A stretch of 64,000 bases of DNA from an uncultured Hormoscilla sp. (GCA_963921275.4 OZ001293.3:4416001-4480000), one strand, 5' to 3'; shown: positions 32,087 to 48,184, numbered from the stretch's first letter. Made by a program: numbers and translations. Notes: a model not told the origin generated them from the letters alone.

Positions 32087-32920
32087 ATGAGGTATCGTGC
32101 CTTAATTGTTGCCATTCTGGTATTGTGTTTGACTGCGATCGCGGCTTGTAGTGAAGGTCCTACAGCTGACAGTACAAAGCAACTTACCTACGACGATATC
32201 AAAAACACAGGTCTAGCCAATAACTGTCCAGAATTGCTGGGACCAGGCCGTGGTTCAATTGCCATCGATCGGGGCCAGACCTATATCATGAGCGATCTGT
32301 GCTTGCAGCCGACCAGCTTCTTCGTCAAGGAAGAAGCCTCTAATCCCCGGCAAGAGACAGAATTTGTTCCGGGCAAACTATTGACCCGCTACACTTCCAC
32401 CCTAACCCAGATCCTGGGCACGGTGACATCTAACCCCGACAATAGCCTGACCTTTGTCGAAGAAGATGGTATCGATTTCCAACCAGTTACTGTGCAACTG
32501 CCTGGTGGCGAGCAAGTGCCTTTCTTCTTCACGATTAAAGGACTCGTGGCCAAAAGCCAACCGGGTATGGAGAGCATCAATAGCTCGACTGACTTTGAAG
32601 GGGGATTTTACGTGCCTTCCTATCGGGGTGCTACATTTTTGGATCCCAAAGGTCGCGGCGTAGCCACCGGTTATGACAATGCCGTGGCTCTGCCAGCAGG
32701 TGCGGATGCTGAGGACTTAACTCTTGCCAATGTCAAGCGGGCTGAGATCCGCAATGGCAAGATTTCCCTAGGAATCAACAAGGTTGACAGCACCACTGGC
32801 GAAGTTGCGGGCACCTTCGAGAGCGAACAGCCCTCAGATACAGATTTGGGAGCCCAAGAACCTGTGGATGTGAAGATTCGCGGCAATTTTTACGCCATTG
32901 TGCAACCAGAAGAAGTGTAA
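32087..32920 (+). CDS. psbO: Photosystem II manganese-stabilising protein
   Basis: LTYDDIKNTGLANNCP, EEDGIDF, VPSYRGATFLDPKGRG, QPSDTDLG. Confidence 0.97.
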   Translation: MRYRALIVAILVLCLTAIAACSEGPTADSTKQLTYDDIKNTGLANNCPELLGPGRGSIAIDRGQTYIMSDLCLQPTSFFVKEEASNPRQETEFVPGKLLTRYTSTLTQILGTVTSNPDNSLTFVEEDGIDFQPVTVQLPGGEQVPFFFTIKGLVAKSQPGMESINSSTDFEGGFYVPSYRGATFLDPKGRGVATGYDNAVALPAGADAEDLTLANVKRAEIRNGKISLGINKVDSTTGEVAGTFESEQPSDTDLGAQEPVDVKIRGNFYAIVQPEEV

Positions 32921-32950
32921 ATCATCATCTATAACTCCCAAATAAGTAGG

Positions 32951-33078
32951 CAGGGCGAACGCATCTTATTCTTGAAATGCTTACAGGGCAAGGGTTTCAG
33001 GATTTAAAGTATTTATACTGATCAAATTCTCAAACCCTTGCTGGGAAAGGCTTCCGGAATTTAGATGCGTTTTCCCTG
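32951..33078. mobile_element. 128-bp MITE (Nezha/IS4-like)
   Basis: TIRs CAGGGCGAACGCATCT / AGATGCGTTTTCCCTG, with a 10-bp TSD AATAAGTAGG on both sides. Confidence 0.88.
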
Positions 33079-33175
33079 AATAAGTAGGTGAACCGACTTA
33101 TTTACACATTACTTTCTTGCAGGATATGGCGCTTCGCGCTACGCTAATTTTCAAGAAAATTTCGGGGGGCAGCAG

Positions 33176-33859
33176 ATGGAGAAAGTATCGGATATGATAT
33201 GGGTAGGGATACTGGCTGTGTTAATGGGTGGCTGCGGTTTGTTGGATGGTGGCGATCGCAAACTAGATGCAGCAAGCTCGCCAGCACTGGCTCCAAAGAA
33301 AGCAGCAGCAAAATCTGAGCCAGAGCCAGAACCAGAGGAGACTGTAGAGCCTTTGCCTTCAGCACCAGATTTGATTCAGTCCACAAATGCAGAACAGCGA
33401 ATTAGAGAGATAGAGCAGTCTGAAGGACAGCAACGGGACCCATTTAATGTCGTGAGCTTGCCGCCGATAGTCGAGCTTCCTGAAGCTCCTCCTACAACAA
33501 GAAACCCTGGTGAGGAAGTGCCGCCCAGACTGGAACCGATAATATTCCCCACTCTCCCGCAAATGGAACCACTGCCCCCGATCGGGAAGTTATCGATAGC
33601 ACCAGCAAAAGCGGAAATAGCGACGGCGGTGACGGTTTCGGGAGTGATGGAATTAGGGGGTGAAAGATCGGCAATTGTGACGGCACCGGATGAACCGAAC
33701 AGACTGGTGAAAGTTGGCGATCGGTTTGCTTCTGGAGCAGTCCTAGTTAAGCGCATAGAAATCAGCAGATTTGATAAGCCAGTGGTAATTATAGAGGAAA
33801 ATGGGTATGAGGTGGCAAGAGAATTGGGAGAAAAACCCTCATCCGAAGAGCAGCCATAG
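33176..33859 (+). CDS. Pro-rich putative lipoprotein (PilP-like C-terminus)
   Basis: Lipobox-like LMGGC, RDPF motif, V.VSGV......AIV..P....V.VGD. Confidence 0.6.
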   Translation: MEKVSDMIWVGILAVLMGGCGLLDGGDRKLDAASSPALAPKKAAAKSEPEPEPEETVEPLPSAPDLIQSTNAEQRIREIEQSEGQQRDPFNVVSLPPIVELPEAPPTTRNPGEEVPPRLEPIIFPTLPQMEPLPPIGKLSIAPAKAEIATAVTVSGVMELGGERSAIVTAPDEPNRLVKVGDRFASGAVLVKRIEISRFDKPVVIIEENGYEVARELGEKPSSEEQP

Positions 33860-33907
33860 GAGTTATGGGCTTGGAGGCAATTAGAAATGAACAATTATCG
33901 ATGAACA

Positions 33908-34634
33908 ATGAACAATTACCATCGAAAATTAGAGCTCGCCATATTGCTAGCTTTAAGTTGGGAGATTGCTAGCTATTTTACTAATGGGATGCCAGTTTGG
34001 GGGCAAGCAGGAACGGAAGAGTTGACCCCTACTTGTCAACCTAACATTCTTACGGGTAGGGTGAAATGCAATTATCCCATTGGCGACAATTTTGAGGGAG
34101 ACCTGGTGAATGGGATAATCGAGGGTAGGGGAGTGTATGTATACGCCAATGGGAACCGCTACGAGGGAGAGTTCCGCAATGGCAAGCTTCATGGCAGGGG
34201 ATTATTTATCAGTGCAGATGATGCCCGCTTCGAGGGACTGTTTGAGAATGGCACGATTAAAAACGGGACAGTTGTTTTTCCTAATGGCAACCGCTACGAG
34301 GGTGAATTCGTTCAAGAAGTTGGCACTGATATAATCATGAGTCAACCAAGTGGTAAGAGGAGATTTATATTTAACGATGGCAGTCGCTACGAGGGTGAAT
34401 TATTCGCTGGTCAAATTTTTGGCATGGGGGTACTCACGCGCCCAGATGGGACTAGCTGCACAGGACGGTTCTTTAATCAGAATCTGGACGCGAGAGTGGT
34501 TTGTACATTCGGAAACGGGAGTAGCTATGAAGGGGAGAGTTGCGCAGAGGACTACCTCATGGAGAAGGGACGATGATAGATGCCAATGGTCGGCGCTTTT
34601 CAGGATATTTTCGTGATGGTAAGTTGGTTGAGTA
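33908..34634 (+). CDS. MORN-repeat protein (frameshift near C-terminus)
   Basis: Repeated YEGEF..G..HG.G units; the last repeat continues in another frame. Confidence 0.75.
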
Positions 34635-34716
34635 AGATTACGGCCAAGTCAAGCTTGAGACAGTCTGAGGCTGTAAGCGCTAAGGTGGAAAAATACCTTG
34701 ATTAAGTGGTGATGCC

Positions 34717-39443
<4,727 letters not shown>

Positions 39444-39532
39444 CAAAACTTAAAATAGGGAATGCTCCCAGAGGTACCTTCGAGTAGTAGGCTGAAAAAC
39501 AAACCATCAAGTTCAATAAGGGAAAGGCACTC

Positions 39533-39757
39533 ATGGTTCAACGTGGTTCTAAGGTGAGGATTCTCCGGAAAGAATCTTACTGGTATCAGGATGTAGGCAC
39601 GGTGGCTTCGATCGACAAGAGCGGTATTAAGTATCCAGTGATTGTCCGGTTCGACAGGGTAAACTATACTGGCTTTAGTGGCAGCCCCTCTGGCGTGAAC
39701 ACTAATAACTTTGCGGAGAGCGAACTGGTTGAGGTTGCACCTCCGAAGAAGAAATAA
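39533..39757 (+). CDS. psaE: Photosystem I subunit IV
   Basis: [36 protein letters not shown]. Confidence 0.97.
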   Translation: MVQRGSKVRILRKESYWYQDVGTVASIDKSGIKYPVIVRFDRVNYTGFSGSPSGVNTNNFAESELVEVAPPKKK

Positions 39758-39772
39758 AGACGAGACGAAGTC

Positions 39773-40627
39773 GTGCCGGAACTGCCGGAGGTAGAAACGG
39801 TCCGCCAGGGCCTCAATCAGTTGACCCTGGCTCAGCTAGTATTGGGTGGGGAGGTTTTGCTCGATCGCGCGATCGCCCACCCAATTTCTGTGGCCAGTTT
39901 CCTGAATGGACTCCAAGGAGTGGCGATCGCTCATTGGCATAGGCGCGGCAAATATTTACTAGCAGAGTTAAAAATAGAACAGAATAATGGGGAAGAAGGA
40001 GGGTGGTTGGGGGTTCACCTGCGGATGACGGGTCAGCTGTTGTGGGTGGAGAGAACGGAACCGTTGCAGAAACATACGCGGGTGCGGCTGTTTTTTGCTT
40101 CGGAAAAGGAATTGCGGTTTGTGGATCAGCGTACTTTCGGTCAGCTGTGGTGGGTATCCCCGAGGGAAAAGCCGGAAACAATTATTACAGGACTGCAAAA
40201 GTTGGGACCAGAACCTTGGGCCGCAGAGTTCTCAGTAGCATATATGACAGAGAAATTGGGAAAGAGTCGGCGTCCGATTAAAACGATGCTGCTGGATCAA
40301 GGATTTGTGGCAGGTATTGGTAATATTTATGCAGATGAAGCTCTGTTCCTGAGTGGGATCCCACCCCTGAGGAGTTGCCAGGATTTGATTCCAGAGCAAA
40401 TTGAGGGCCTGAGAAGGGCGATCGTGCAGGTTTTGGAAGCAGCGATGGATGCTGGAGGCACTACTTTTAGTAATTTTCTCAATGTGCTGGGAGTGAATGG
40501 TAATTATGGGGGAGTGGCCTGGGTGTATAATCGGGCGGGAAAACCTTGTCGGGTCTGCGGAACGCTAATTCAGCGACAAAAGTTGGCGGGGAGATCGACT
40601 CATTTTTGTCCCCAATGTCAGAAATAG
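39773..40627 (+). CDS. mutM: Formamidopyrimidine-DNA glycosylase
   Basis: PELPEVET, RRGKYL, HLRMTG, GIGNIYADE, C-terminal zinc finger. Confidence 0.96.
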   Translation: MPELPEVETVRQGLNQLTLAQLVLGGEVLLDRAIAHPISVASFLNGLQGVAIAHWHRRGKYLLAELKIEQNNGEEGGWLGVHLRMTGQLLWVERTEPLQKHTRVRLFFASEKELRFVDQRTFGQLWWVSPREKPETIITGLQKLGPEPWAAEFSVAYMTEKLGKSRRPIKTMLLDQGFVAGIGNIYADEALFLSGIPPLRSCQDLIPEQIEGLRRAIVQVLEAAMDAGGTTFSNFLNVLGVNGNYGGVAWVYNRAGKPCRVCGTLIQRQKLAGRSTHFCPQCQK

Positions 40628-40719
40628 TCAGTGGTTAGTGGTTAGTGGTTAGTTGTATTGATGGTTGCAGTATGTCAAAATGCGTAAGTATAGTGATTTA
40701 GAGAATAGATCGAGAAGTA

Positions 40720-40941
40720 ATGGCAGATACAATCAAGAAGGGTTCGTTGGTTCGCGCCGTTCGCGAAAAGTTGGAAAATAGTCTGGAAGCTAAGGCTAGC
40801 GACTCGCGCTTCTCGTCTTATATCTTTAAAACTAAAGGCGAGGTGATGGATACGCGGGGAGACTATGCCTTGGTAAAGTTTGGGTTCGTGCCGACGCCGA
40901 ATATTTGGTTGCGCATCGACCAGTTGGAAATATTTGAGTAA
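40720..40941 (+). CDS. ndhO: NDH-1 subunit O
   Basis: [32 protein letters not shown]. Confidence 0.92.
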   Translation: MADTIKKGSLVRAVREKLENSLEAKASDSRFSSYIFKTKGEVMDTRGDYALVKFGFVPTPNIWLRIDQLEIFE

Positions 40942-41110
40942 ATTTATGGCCAAAGCCCACAGACAGCAAGTCTGGGGCTAGGGGCCAATCGGGCCTGGGA
41001 AGCACTATTCGTGCTTACTACGAACGGTTTTGAGACTTGACTCAGTTCACAAACCAGTTCAGATGGATTATGATTAGTTTATACTAAAACAATCAAGCAA
41101 GAAAATTGAT

Positions 41111-41800
41111 ATGGCATCAACGACAGGTCTACAAGGCACTGAATTACAAGCCAAAACCCGCGTCCTGCTGACATTGTGGCAGATGGGAGGGGCTGAGGAG
41201 AAAGTGAAGAAAAGTGAACTGACGACTCGAAGTAAGCGGAGTAGGGAGAAGGCTGGAGATTATAAGGACATTTTTAACGATTTACAGGAAGCTGGGGCGA
41301 TCGCGATCGTCACGGAAAAGCGAGTGGCGAAGGTGTCCCTGACAGAGAAAGGTAAGCAAATTCTCGGGGAAGGACTGAAAAACCCTGATTTGAGCTTTGA
41401 TGGCAATAAAGTTGGCTCAAAGGTGGTGAATGCGAGGGTGGTGAATGCGTTGCTGAACTGGCATCGCCAGTCCGATGCTAATGTACCGACTGCGCTGGTG
41501 ACAGAGAAAGAGGGGGCGATCGCCTCTTATGAAGACTTCAAGTCGAAAGTCCTGGCCCTGTTCGAGAAACTGGACAAAGGCTACAACTACGGCGGTCTTG
41601 TCCCCATCTGGCATCTGCGTCGGGAAATAGGAGAGGGCGTCGGTCGCGAGCAATTTAACGAATGGATGATGGAAATGCAGGCACAGAAGTTGTTCTATCT
41701 GCAAAGCGGCGAGGCCCGTGGAGCTACTGATGACCAGAAACAAGATTCAATTACCAGTGAAGTTCGAGGACTTTTGTTTTACGCTAGCCAACCATCTTGA
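41111..41800 (+). CDS. Two-domain winged-helix-like protein
   Basis: LTEKG wing; C-terminal YNYGGLVPIWHLRREIG...F..W...Q domain. Confidence 0.6.
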   Translation: MASTTGLQGTELQAKTRVLLTLWQMGGAEEKVKKSELTTRSKRSREKAGDYKDIFNDLQEAGAIAIVTEKRVAKVSLTEKGKQILGEGLKNPDLSFDGNKVGSKVVNARVVNALLNWHRQSDANVPTALVTEKEGAIASYEDFKSKVLALFEKLDKGYNYGGLVPIWHLRREIGEGVGREQFNEWMMEMQAQKLFYLQSGEARGATDDQKQDSITSEVRGLLFYASQPS

Positions 41801-41816
41801 ACTACGGAGAGAAAAC

Positions 41817-43630
41817 ATGACTGAACCCTATCAGTTGTTTGCAGAGGCCCGTCAGCAAGGACCAAATCCTTTCAGACTGGAAACGGTTATCTCCGATCAA
41901 GAGGTTTGGGGTAAGGTGTTGACGGACCTTCCCAACCTAAATCAGCATATTGATGAAACGATATACCAGGCAATTTCTGAGGTTCGCCAAAAGGATTCCC
42001 GCAAGATTGGCATTGCCATTGAGGGCGATCGCGGAACGGGAAAAAGCCATGCAATCCATCGGATATGGAAAAATATTGAAGGGGAAGGCGGGGCAGTATT
42101 TGCCTACATACCTCCCTATACAAATCCCCGTTTCATTAACTCTCATGTCCGGTTTTATCTGTGCGAGAGTTTCAAGCATCAAGACCGACAGGGTGCCAGT
42201 CAATGGCAGAAGCTGTCTACCGCAGTCATCGCTACCTTAAAAGACACGGACTTTGAACAAGAGTATCAAGAGTACTTGGAAATTGTCGATCGACCAGAAA
42301 ACCTCAGAAAATACATTAAGAAAAAGATCGCCAAGGACAATTTGCTGAATTGGATAATGGATCTGGTTGATATTGTATTGTGGAAATAAAACCGGAACTG
42401 GATCCTGATTTTGTCAAGGCAGTCTTGTTCTTGCTGTTCAAGAACGATCGCCACGGCACGGCAGCGTTAGCATGGATTAAAGGGGAAGATCACCCCAATA
42501 TTAAAGATTTACTGGGTTTGCCCGAATATTCGGTACAAGATGAAAGGTCTATCTGGATGATGGAGCAGATTTGCAAAGTTGCTGAAGTTGCTGCACTACC
42601 TGTACTGATTTGCTTTGACCAGTTAGATAGTGCCCAACCAGATGCTGAAACTGGGGATAGTCCGGCATAAACAGTGGCTAGGTGTATCGATCGCATTTAT
42701 ATGCAGTGCAGTAATTTGATTGTCATCTGTTGCGTCATCAGCGATACCTGGAGGGAAATTAAGCAAATGGGAAGTGGTATCCCCGATCGGGTGGGTCAAC
42801 GGTCGGTAATGGCCAAACCTCCGACAGACGAACAGATAATAGAGATTGTCCAAAGCAGGTTGAATTGGTTTTACCTAAAGCACAATCTTCAGGCCGAAGA
42901 CTATCCGGATTTATATCCTTTAGAGTCAAGTCAAATTAGGAATCTTGCCCGGGAAAGTGCCAGCGTTCGCTCTCTGCTGGAAAAGTGCGCCCAAATATTT
43001 GAGGCAGTCGAAGTTGATAAGCAAAGCCAAGTCAGAAATGAAGGAGAAAATAGACAGCAAAAATTAATGGATATTTATCACGATCTCCTCGATAGAGTTG
43101 ATGATTGCCAGCTAAATGATGACAATTTAGCAGCAATTATCGCTCAAAACATCAGAATGCTGCCGGAAGGAGGAACGGCCTTCGTGGTCGTCGATCGAGT
43201 TGAAGAGGTTAATAATTCATCCCACGATATCCAGTTCACTATATCTGGGTACGATCAATTTCGTCAAAAGGAAGTAAAAATTGGGGTGAAAGTTTGTGAG
43301 GCGGAAAATGGGAAGACCTTTAATGCAGTCATGAAGCGACTGCTGAACTACGAAAAACATCAGATGACCCGTGGTTGCTTAGTGCGTTATCATGAAGTGC
43401 CGAAAAACTGGAAGAAAGGTAAACAGCTAGAGCAGGAACTGGTGGCGGAAAAAGGCGGAAAAGTGGTTCTTTGGGAACAAGAAGGAATCTTGCCTTTAGT
43501 TGCGCTCAAGAGAATCTACGATGAAGCAGAGGAATATGGCTTTGCAAAAGAGGAGGTAAGCAATCTCGTCAAGGATTTAAAATTAGAGGTTGACAATCAA
43601 CTAATTCATCAGATTCTCAGGGATGGGTAA
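41817..43630 (+). pseudogene. P-loop AAA ATPase with one frameshift and one nonsense codon
   Basis: Walker A GDRGTGKS and Walker B LICFDQLD. ATTGT tandem duplication at ~42372-42381 and in-frame TAA at 42668. Confidence 0.8.
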
Positions 43631-43632
43631 AG

Positions 43633-45090
43633 ATGAGTATCCAAATCAGCAGAGGAATTCAACTGTCAGCTTTTGATGTGGAAATGCTGACCTCGGGCCA
43701 GCTAATTGCTGTGCCGTTCAAACAGTACAGGCAGAATGGCGAAATATTCTGGCTTTATCCCAGTCATCAACTACCAGATGCTCTCAGTTTGGAGCAATAC
43801 TATCAGCCGGAATATTTAATTAAGGTTGAGATGTCATTAGCAAAATGTCAAACCTATCCCCTCCAAATTGAGGTTTGGGGACGTTGCGAAGAACATTGGC
43901 ATGTTACGCCAGAGCAAAGGCATCTTTTACCTCAGATTGCTGCGTCAACGGTCTGGAATTTGAGTGCCTTGGAATATATGTTTGAACAGCATCAAGTTCT
44001 CAAGCTGTTGTTTTTGCGAGTCTATCGTTTGTCCAGTCCTTGTCTGGTTAATGTGCCGCCTAAACCAGCTCCTTTCTTCTTCCCTCAGTCGGAGGATGTA
44101 ATGACGATCGCAAATACTACGGATATTCCAGTGGTCTCGGAAGCCAGTTTTAACAGGCGTAAAGCTCTTTTGTTGGCGGGAGAGGTTCATCCCGATCGGG
44201 ACTTGGAGATGTTGCAACTGCAAGTTTCGGAAATTAACTGTGATAACTCGGCTGCTGGACAGCTACAGTCGGATATTAATGTATTTTTGGGATGGACTGG
44301 GGAGGCGGTAACCTTGAAACCCGATCGGGATTTAGATTGGATTAAGCAAATTGCTGCTGTGGGCAATTCTAGCGATGGCAATGAGTTTGAAAAGCTAGTC
44401 CGCAAAGGTTTGATTCTGCTGGGATTTTCTAATGATAACAGTAATCCCCAAATCAGTCTGGACCCAGAGGCAACGGGGGGCGCTGGGGGTTTAGACTTTT
44501 ATTGTGCATCTCCTTATCCTGTGGTGGGAGAATGTAAAGCAACGAAAACGGAAAAGGTGCCGGATGGAACGGCTGCACAGTTAATTAAGCTGGGCTATAA
44601 GCACCTTCAGGAAAGGTATGATGATTGTGTTAAGTTAATTATCGCCGCTGGGGAACTAACGCCAGCGGCTCGCCAAACTGCTGAGGGGAACAAAATAAGC
44701 GTGATTAGTCCGGAAATTCTGCAACGTATGGTAGAAATGCAAGCTAAGTATCCAGGTTGTATTGATTTGATGAAGCTTAAGGAATGCTTGCAAGGTGCTT
44801 ATGGTTTGGCTGACGAACAGGTGGCACAATATCTGCAACAGGTGCGCGGCGAAATTGAGTTGCGATCGCGCATTGTGGACTTAGTGAAAAACTACCTGGA
44901 AAACTCAAAGTCTGATAGTGCGGGTGTAGAAAGTTTACATGGTGCTTATTTTAGTTCTAACCCGCCTCAGTCATTAACCCCAGAACAACTGCAGGAAATT
45001 TTGATTGAACTTTCGTCCCCGCTGACCGGTTATTTGGGTAGGAAGGGCGATCGCTTTTATTTCCTGCGCCCTTTGCTGATGGATGCTTGA
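43633..45090 (+). CDS. DUF1802-like N-terminal domain fused to a restriction-endonuclease-like PD-(D/E)xK domain
   Basis: FWLYP, LFLRVYRL, PVVSEASF; then FEKLVRKGLILLGF, GAGGLDFYC...VGECKA. Confidence 0.72.
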   Translation: MSIQISRGIQLSAFDVEMLTSGQLIAVPFKQYRQNGEIFWLYPSHQLPDALSLEQYYQPEYLIKVEMSLAKCQTYPLQIEVWGRCEEHWHVTPEQRHLLPQIAASTVWNLSALEYMFEQHQVLKLLFLRVYRLSSPCLVNVPPKPAPFFFPQSEDVMTIANTTDIPVVSEASFNRRKALLLAGEVHPDRDLEMLQLQVSEINCDNSAAGQLQSDINVFLGWTGEAVTLKPDRDLDWIKQIAAVGNSSDGNEFEKLVRKGLILLGFSNDNSNPQISLDPEATGGAGGLDFYCASPYPVVGECKATKTEKVPDGTAAQLIKLGYKHLQERYDDCVKLIIAAGELTPAARQTAEGNKISVISPEILQRMVEMQAKYPGCIDLMKLKECLQGAYGLADEQVAQYLQQVRGEIELRSRIVDLVKNYLENSKSDSAGVESLHGAYFSSNPPQSLTPEQLQEILIELSSPLTGYLGRKGDRFYFLRPLLMDA

Positions 45091-45099
45091 GGGCGACGA

Positions 45100-46160
45100 T
45101 CTAATGGCGCGACCCAGAAACCGGGTTTCTTAATTCAACATCGAGATGCTAACAGGCGATCGCCCCCCATAACAGAAATTATCAAATATCTTGACCTGAC
45201 CAGTATTGTAGGGGCACAGCGCCAGCGTATCCATAACATAACTATATTAACCAAAAGATATCTATTGCCATGCCCCGGCTGGACATTGGCGATCGCATCC
45301 CGGCAGTTCCGAAGCGATCGCCTCCTGGCCGGGGCACGGCGGGGTTTGAGTAACTGTCACTCCTCACGTTGGGATAAGCGTAGAAATCCGGTTTCTTCGA
45401 TCGCCTCTACCACTCTCGCTAGTACCCCCCTGTGAAGGTGTGGTCATGCGTCAGTTGGGGGTCAGAAACCGGGTAAGGGAAGTTTATGGCTGCTTTTTGC
45501 CCCTAATTTGATATCGAAGAAACCCGGTTTCTTGTCTGCTGACTATCAACTACTTGTGACCACCCTCGCACATGGGGTGGCGATCGCATGTGGCCGGGGC
45601 ACAGCAAGCTTGGCAACAAAAACTTTCTGAGGTTCTTATCCTCAACCGTGTCCTCAACCGCGACCTCAACCGCGACCTCAACCGCGACCTCAACCGCGAC
45701 CTCAACCAGAAAATTGAAGCAGACAAGGCTAGTGATTTACTCTTGATCTACTTTCGTTTACTGTTCGTGATTGTCATCTATCATCTGCTATCAGAAATTT
45801 TCGAACAGGTATCTAAAAATAGAAAGGCACGCAAATCTATTAATTTAGATAGTAGAGAATGCAAAGCTATCCGTATTAAGTATGCAGATAGGATAAATGA
45901 AGTTTTCCCGCTTTATGCTTTCTTGGCTTTGCTAGATGAGCGACAGCAAGGGCGAATGCCAGCGTGGGAGGGTATTCGGATAGTTCGGGAGAGGGTGGAA
46001 TGACAGTGACCAGTTATCAGTTACCAGTTACCCGGGAGTGGGGAATATAAACGTGAGAGTCCTGGAACATCGGTCGCGTGAGGGCTAGAAACCGGGTTTT
46101 TCGTCAGGCGATCAACGAGAGATCAATGCTTTTACCAGAGAAACCCGGTTTCTTTACCGA
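45100..46160. repeat. Cluster of AGAAACCGGGTTT/AAACCCGGTTTCT REP-like palindromes
   Basis: Copies near 45117, 45464, 45517, 46088 and 46140, with further copies near 9850 and 11395. Confidence 0.7.
45572..46003 (+). pseudogene. NACHT-type protein C-terminal fragment with 12-bp LNRD repeats
   Basis: CTCAACCGCGAC repeats; ending LLDERQQGRMPAWEGIRIVRER. Confidence 0.55.
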
Positions 46161-46190
46161 CGTTCTAGGTTCGGTTTTGATTGAGGAGGG

Positions 46191-46403
46191 ATGATGATAG
46201 AGAAAGGAGACTCTTGGCAGGCGGGGATTGAGATATTGAAGCAAAATCGAGATAAACTAGAAGCTCAACTAGGGAAAAATCAAGTAGAGCGACTACTGTT
46301 TAATCTGGAAGAAATTGTAGGTTGGGTTGAGGCACGAAACCCAACAGCACCAACAGGTTGGGTTAAGCGCCAGCGAAACCCAACCTACGGGGATAAGGGA
46401 TGA
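46191..46403 (+). pseudogene. Truncated paralogue of 46897-47226
   Basis: First ~42 codons nearly identical, then replaced by GTAGGTTGGGTT...CCCAACCTAC repeats. Confidence 0.7.
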
Positions 46404-46490
46404 TGGGGCCCGATCGCCTCTTCCCAAAGTGAGAATGGCAGGCGATCACGCTTTATGCTATGCTATAATTAAGGAGAAATAAAAACCAAC

Positions 46491-46880
46491 ATGATTAGCA
46501 GATTCACATTAGAGATTCCGGTTCACTGGCAGGTTTGCTATAATCTGCTCAGCCTTGTGAGCACTGTATTCAAGCTTGCTCAGCGGGTCAAGAAAAAAGT
46601 CAAAGCACTTTTTGAAGAAATGACCGTGCATCTGGCGAGGCTACTGGGAGAGACGGTTGCCGGAGAACCCCCCGATCATCAAGATAATCGCGATCAGGAT
46701 CTTTCCCACTGGTGGAAGGAAATTAAAAACTTTGCTATGCAAATCAAAAGAGAAAGTCTTTCTGAAGCTCAACTACGGAAAATTATTGAAGACCGTTCAG
46801 AAGATGTAGATGCCGTTATAGAAGCTTTAGAGAAAGCATCTGAGATAATGGAAGAGTCTACACCAACTTTGTTTAAGTAA
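46491..46880 (+). CDS. Hypothetical protein
   Basis: Good RBS (AAGGAG); acidic helical ORF with HWWKEI. Confidence 0.55.
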   Translation: MISRFTLEIPVHWQVCYNLLSLVSTVFKLAQRVKKKVKALFEEMTVHLARLLGETVAGEPPDHQDNRDQDLSHWWKEIKNFAMQIKRESLSEAQLRKIIEDRSEDVDAVIEALEKASEIMEESTPTLFK

Positions 46881-46896
46881 AATTGATTAAAGAGGG

Positions 46897-47226
46897 ATGA
46901 TGATGGAGAAAGGAGACTCTTGGAGAGCCGGAATTGAGATGTTGAAGCAAAATCGAGATAAACTAGAAGCTCAACTAGGAAAAAATCAAGTAGAGCGACT
47001 ACTGTTTAATCTGGAAGAAATTAGCTTAGACATGACAAAATGCGTTAACCGCCTAATAAATTGTGCTAGTCAGGATGCTAAGTTAGAGGAGCTGTCAGAA
47101 ATATTTGACTGGTTTCAATATGGTTCTATTCCTCATATTTTAGGACATCTGGAAACCATTGAGGAAATCCTCGATCGTCATCGGGTTGGCGAAGATCCTG
47201 AAAGTATGGTTCAGTTGAAAAATTAG
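46897..47226 (+). CDS. Hypothetical protein
   Basis: RBS GAGGG; conserved in a duplicate upstream. Confidence 0.6.
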   Translation: MMMEKGDSWRAGIEMLKQNRDKLEAQLGKNQVERLLFNLEEISLDMTKCVNRLINCASQDAKLEELSEIFDWFQYGSIPHILGHLETIEEILDRHRVGEDPESMVQLKN

Positions 47227-47281
47227 GGATGATGGGGCCCGATCGCCTCTTCCCAAAGGGGGAATAACAGGCGATCGCCTC

Positions 47282-47926
47282 TTACAAAGCCTGAAATTGT
47301 TGCCACAACCAAGTCCCCACTTGAGATTGATCCTGTTCTCGACTGCGGCGTAAAGCTTCTGCCAACAACTCGACGGACAACCCAGGCAAAACCTGAGACT
47401 CAGTAATGCTTCGACTGCCACCACCAGCAACTGCAAATGCCCTCAACTGCGCCGACTCCACATCCACCACCCAGTATTCTCCCACTGAGACTTCTTCATA
47501 TAGTAGCCGCTTATTGCCTAAATCGTGAGAAAGGGTAGTATCGGCAACTTCGATCGCCAAAGAAGGCGGCGGATATTGGTTTAAGTCTACAACCTTAGTC
47601 CCTCTAGGAACTACCCGGGCAAGTTCGCCAATATAATAAGAAACATCTGGCTGACATTCCAGCACCCCAGCCTGACGAAAGCTACAGTTAATTAGCCCAT
47701 TGAGAGGAATGCCTTTAATCGTACCAAACAAGTTGACAGCCAAAAAAATTATGCCTTTATCGCACGAACGATCGTATCCTGTAGCCATGGTTTCAATCAG
47801 CATCCGTCCTTTGTAATAATAACCACGAGCCTTTTCATAAGCCCGATCGTTAATCAACTCTATATACTCTTCCCAACTTGCGATCGCCCATATGTCTGTG
47901 GGTAATTGTGTGGACGTGGTTTTCAT
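47282..47926 (-). CDS. Uma2 family endonuclease
   Basis: ASWEEY, QPDVSYY, PSLAIEVA, K..LYE....EYWVVD, SQVLPGL. Confidence 0.9.
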   Translation of the reverse strand: MKTTSTQLPTDIWAIASWEEYIELINDRAYEKARGYYYKGRMLIETMATGYDRSCDKGIIFLAVNLFGTIKGIPLNGLINCSFRQAGVLECQPDVSYYIGELARVVPRGTKVVDLNQYPPPSLAIEVADTTLSHDLGNKRLLYEEVSVGEYWVVDVESAQLRAFAVAGGGSRSITESQVLPGLSVELLAEALRRSREQDQSQVGTWLWQQFQAL

Positions 47927-48184
47927 GTACTACCTCCTCCTGGTTCTTTGACTGACTCCCTTCGCTGTTAGCCCGCAGGGGGTTCAAACTGCTAATAGCT
48001 AAAGTCGGTTAAAAACCGACTAAAAATAATATAGAACAATATTGCGATCGCTCTCAATCAATTATATGATTTATCCAGGGGGGGAATGCGATCGCCTCTT
48101 TTTTATGATTCCCCCGATCGCCCGGACTGGATATTTTTGTTGAGTCATACTTCAACTTTATCCTGTCGATCGAGCAGAACACAA

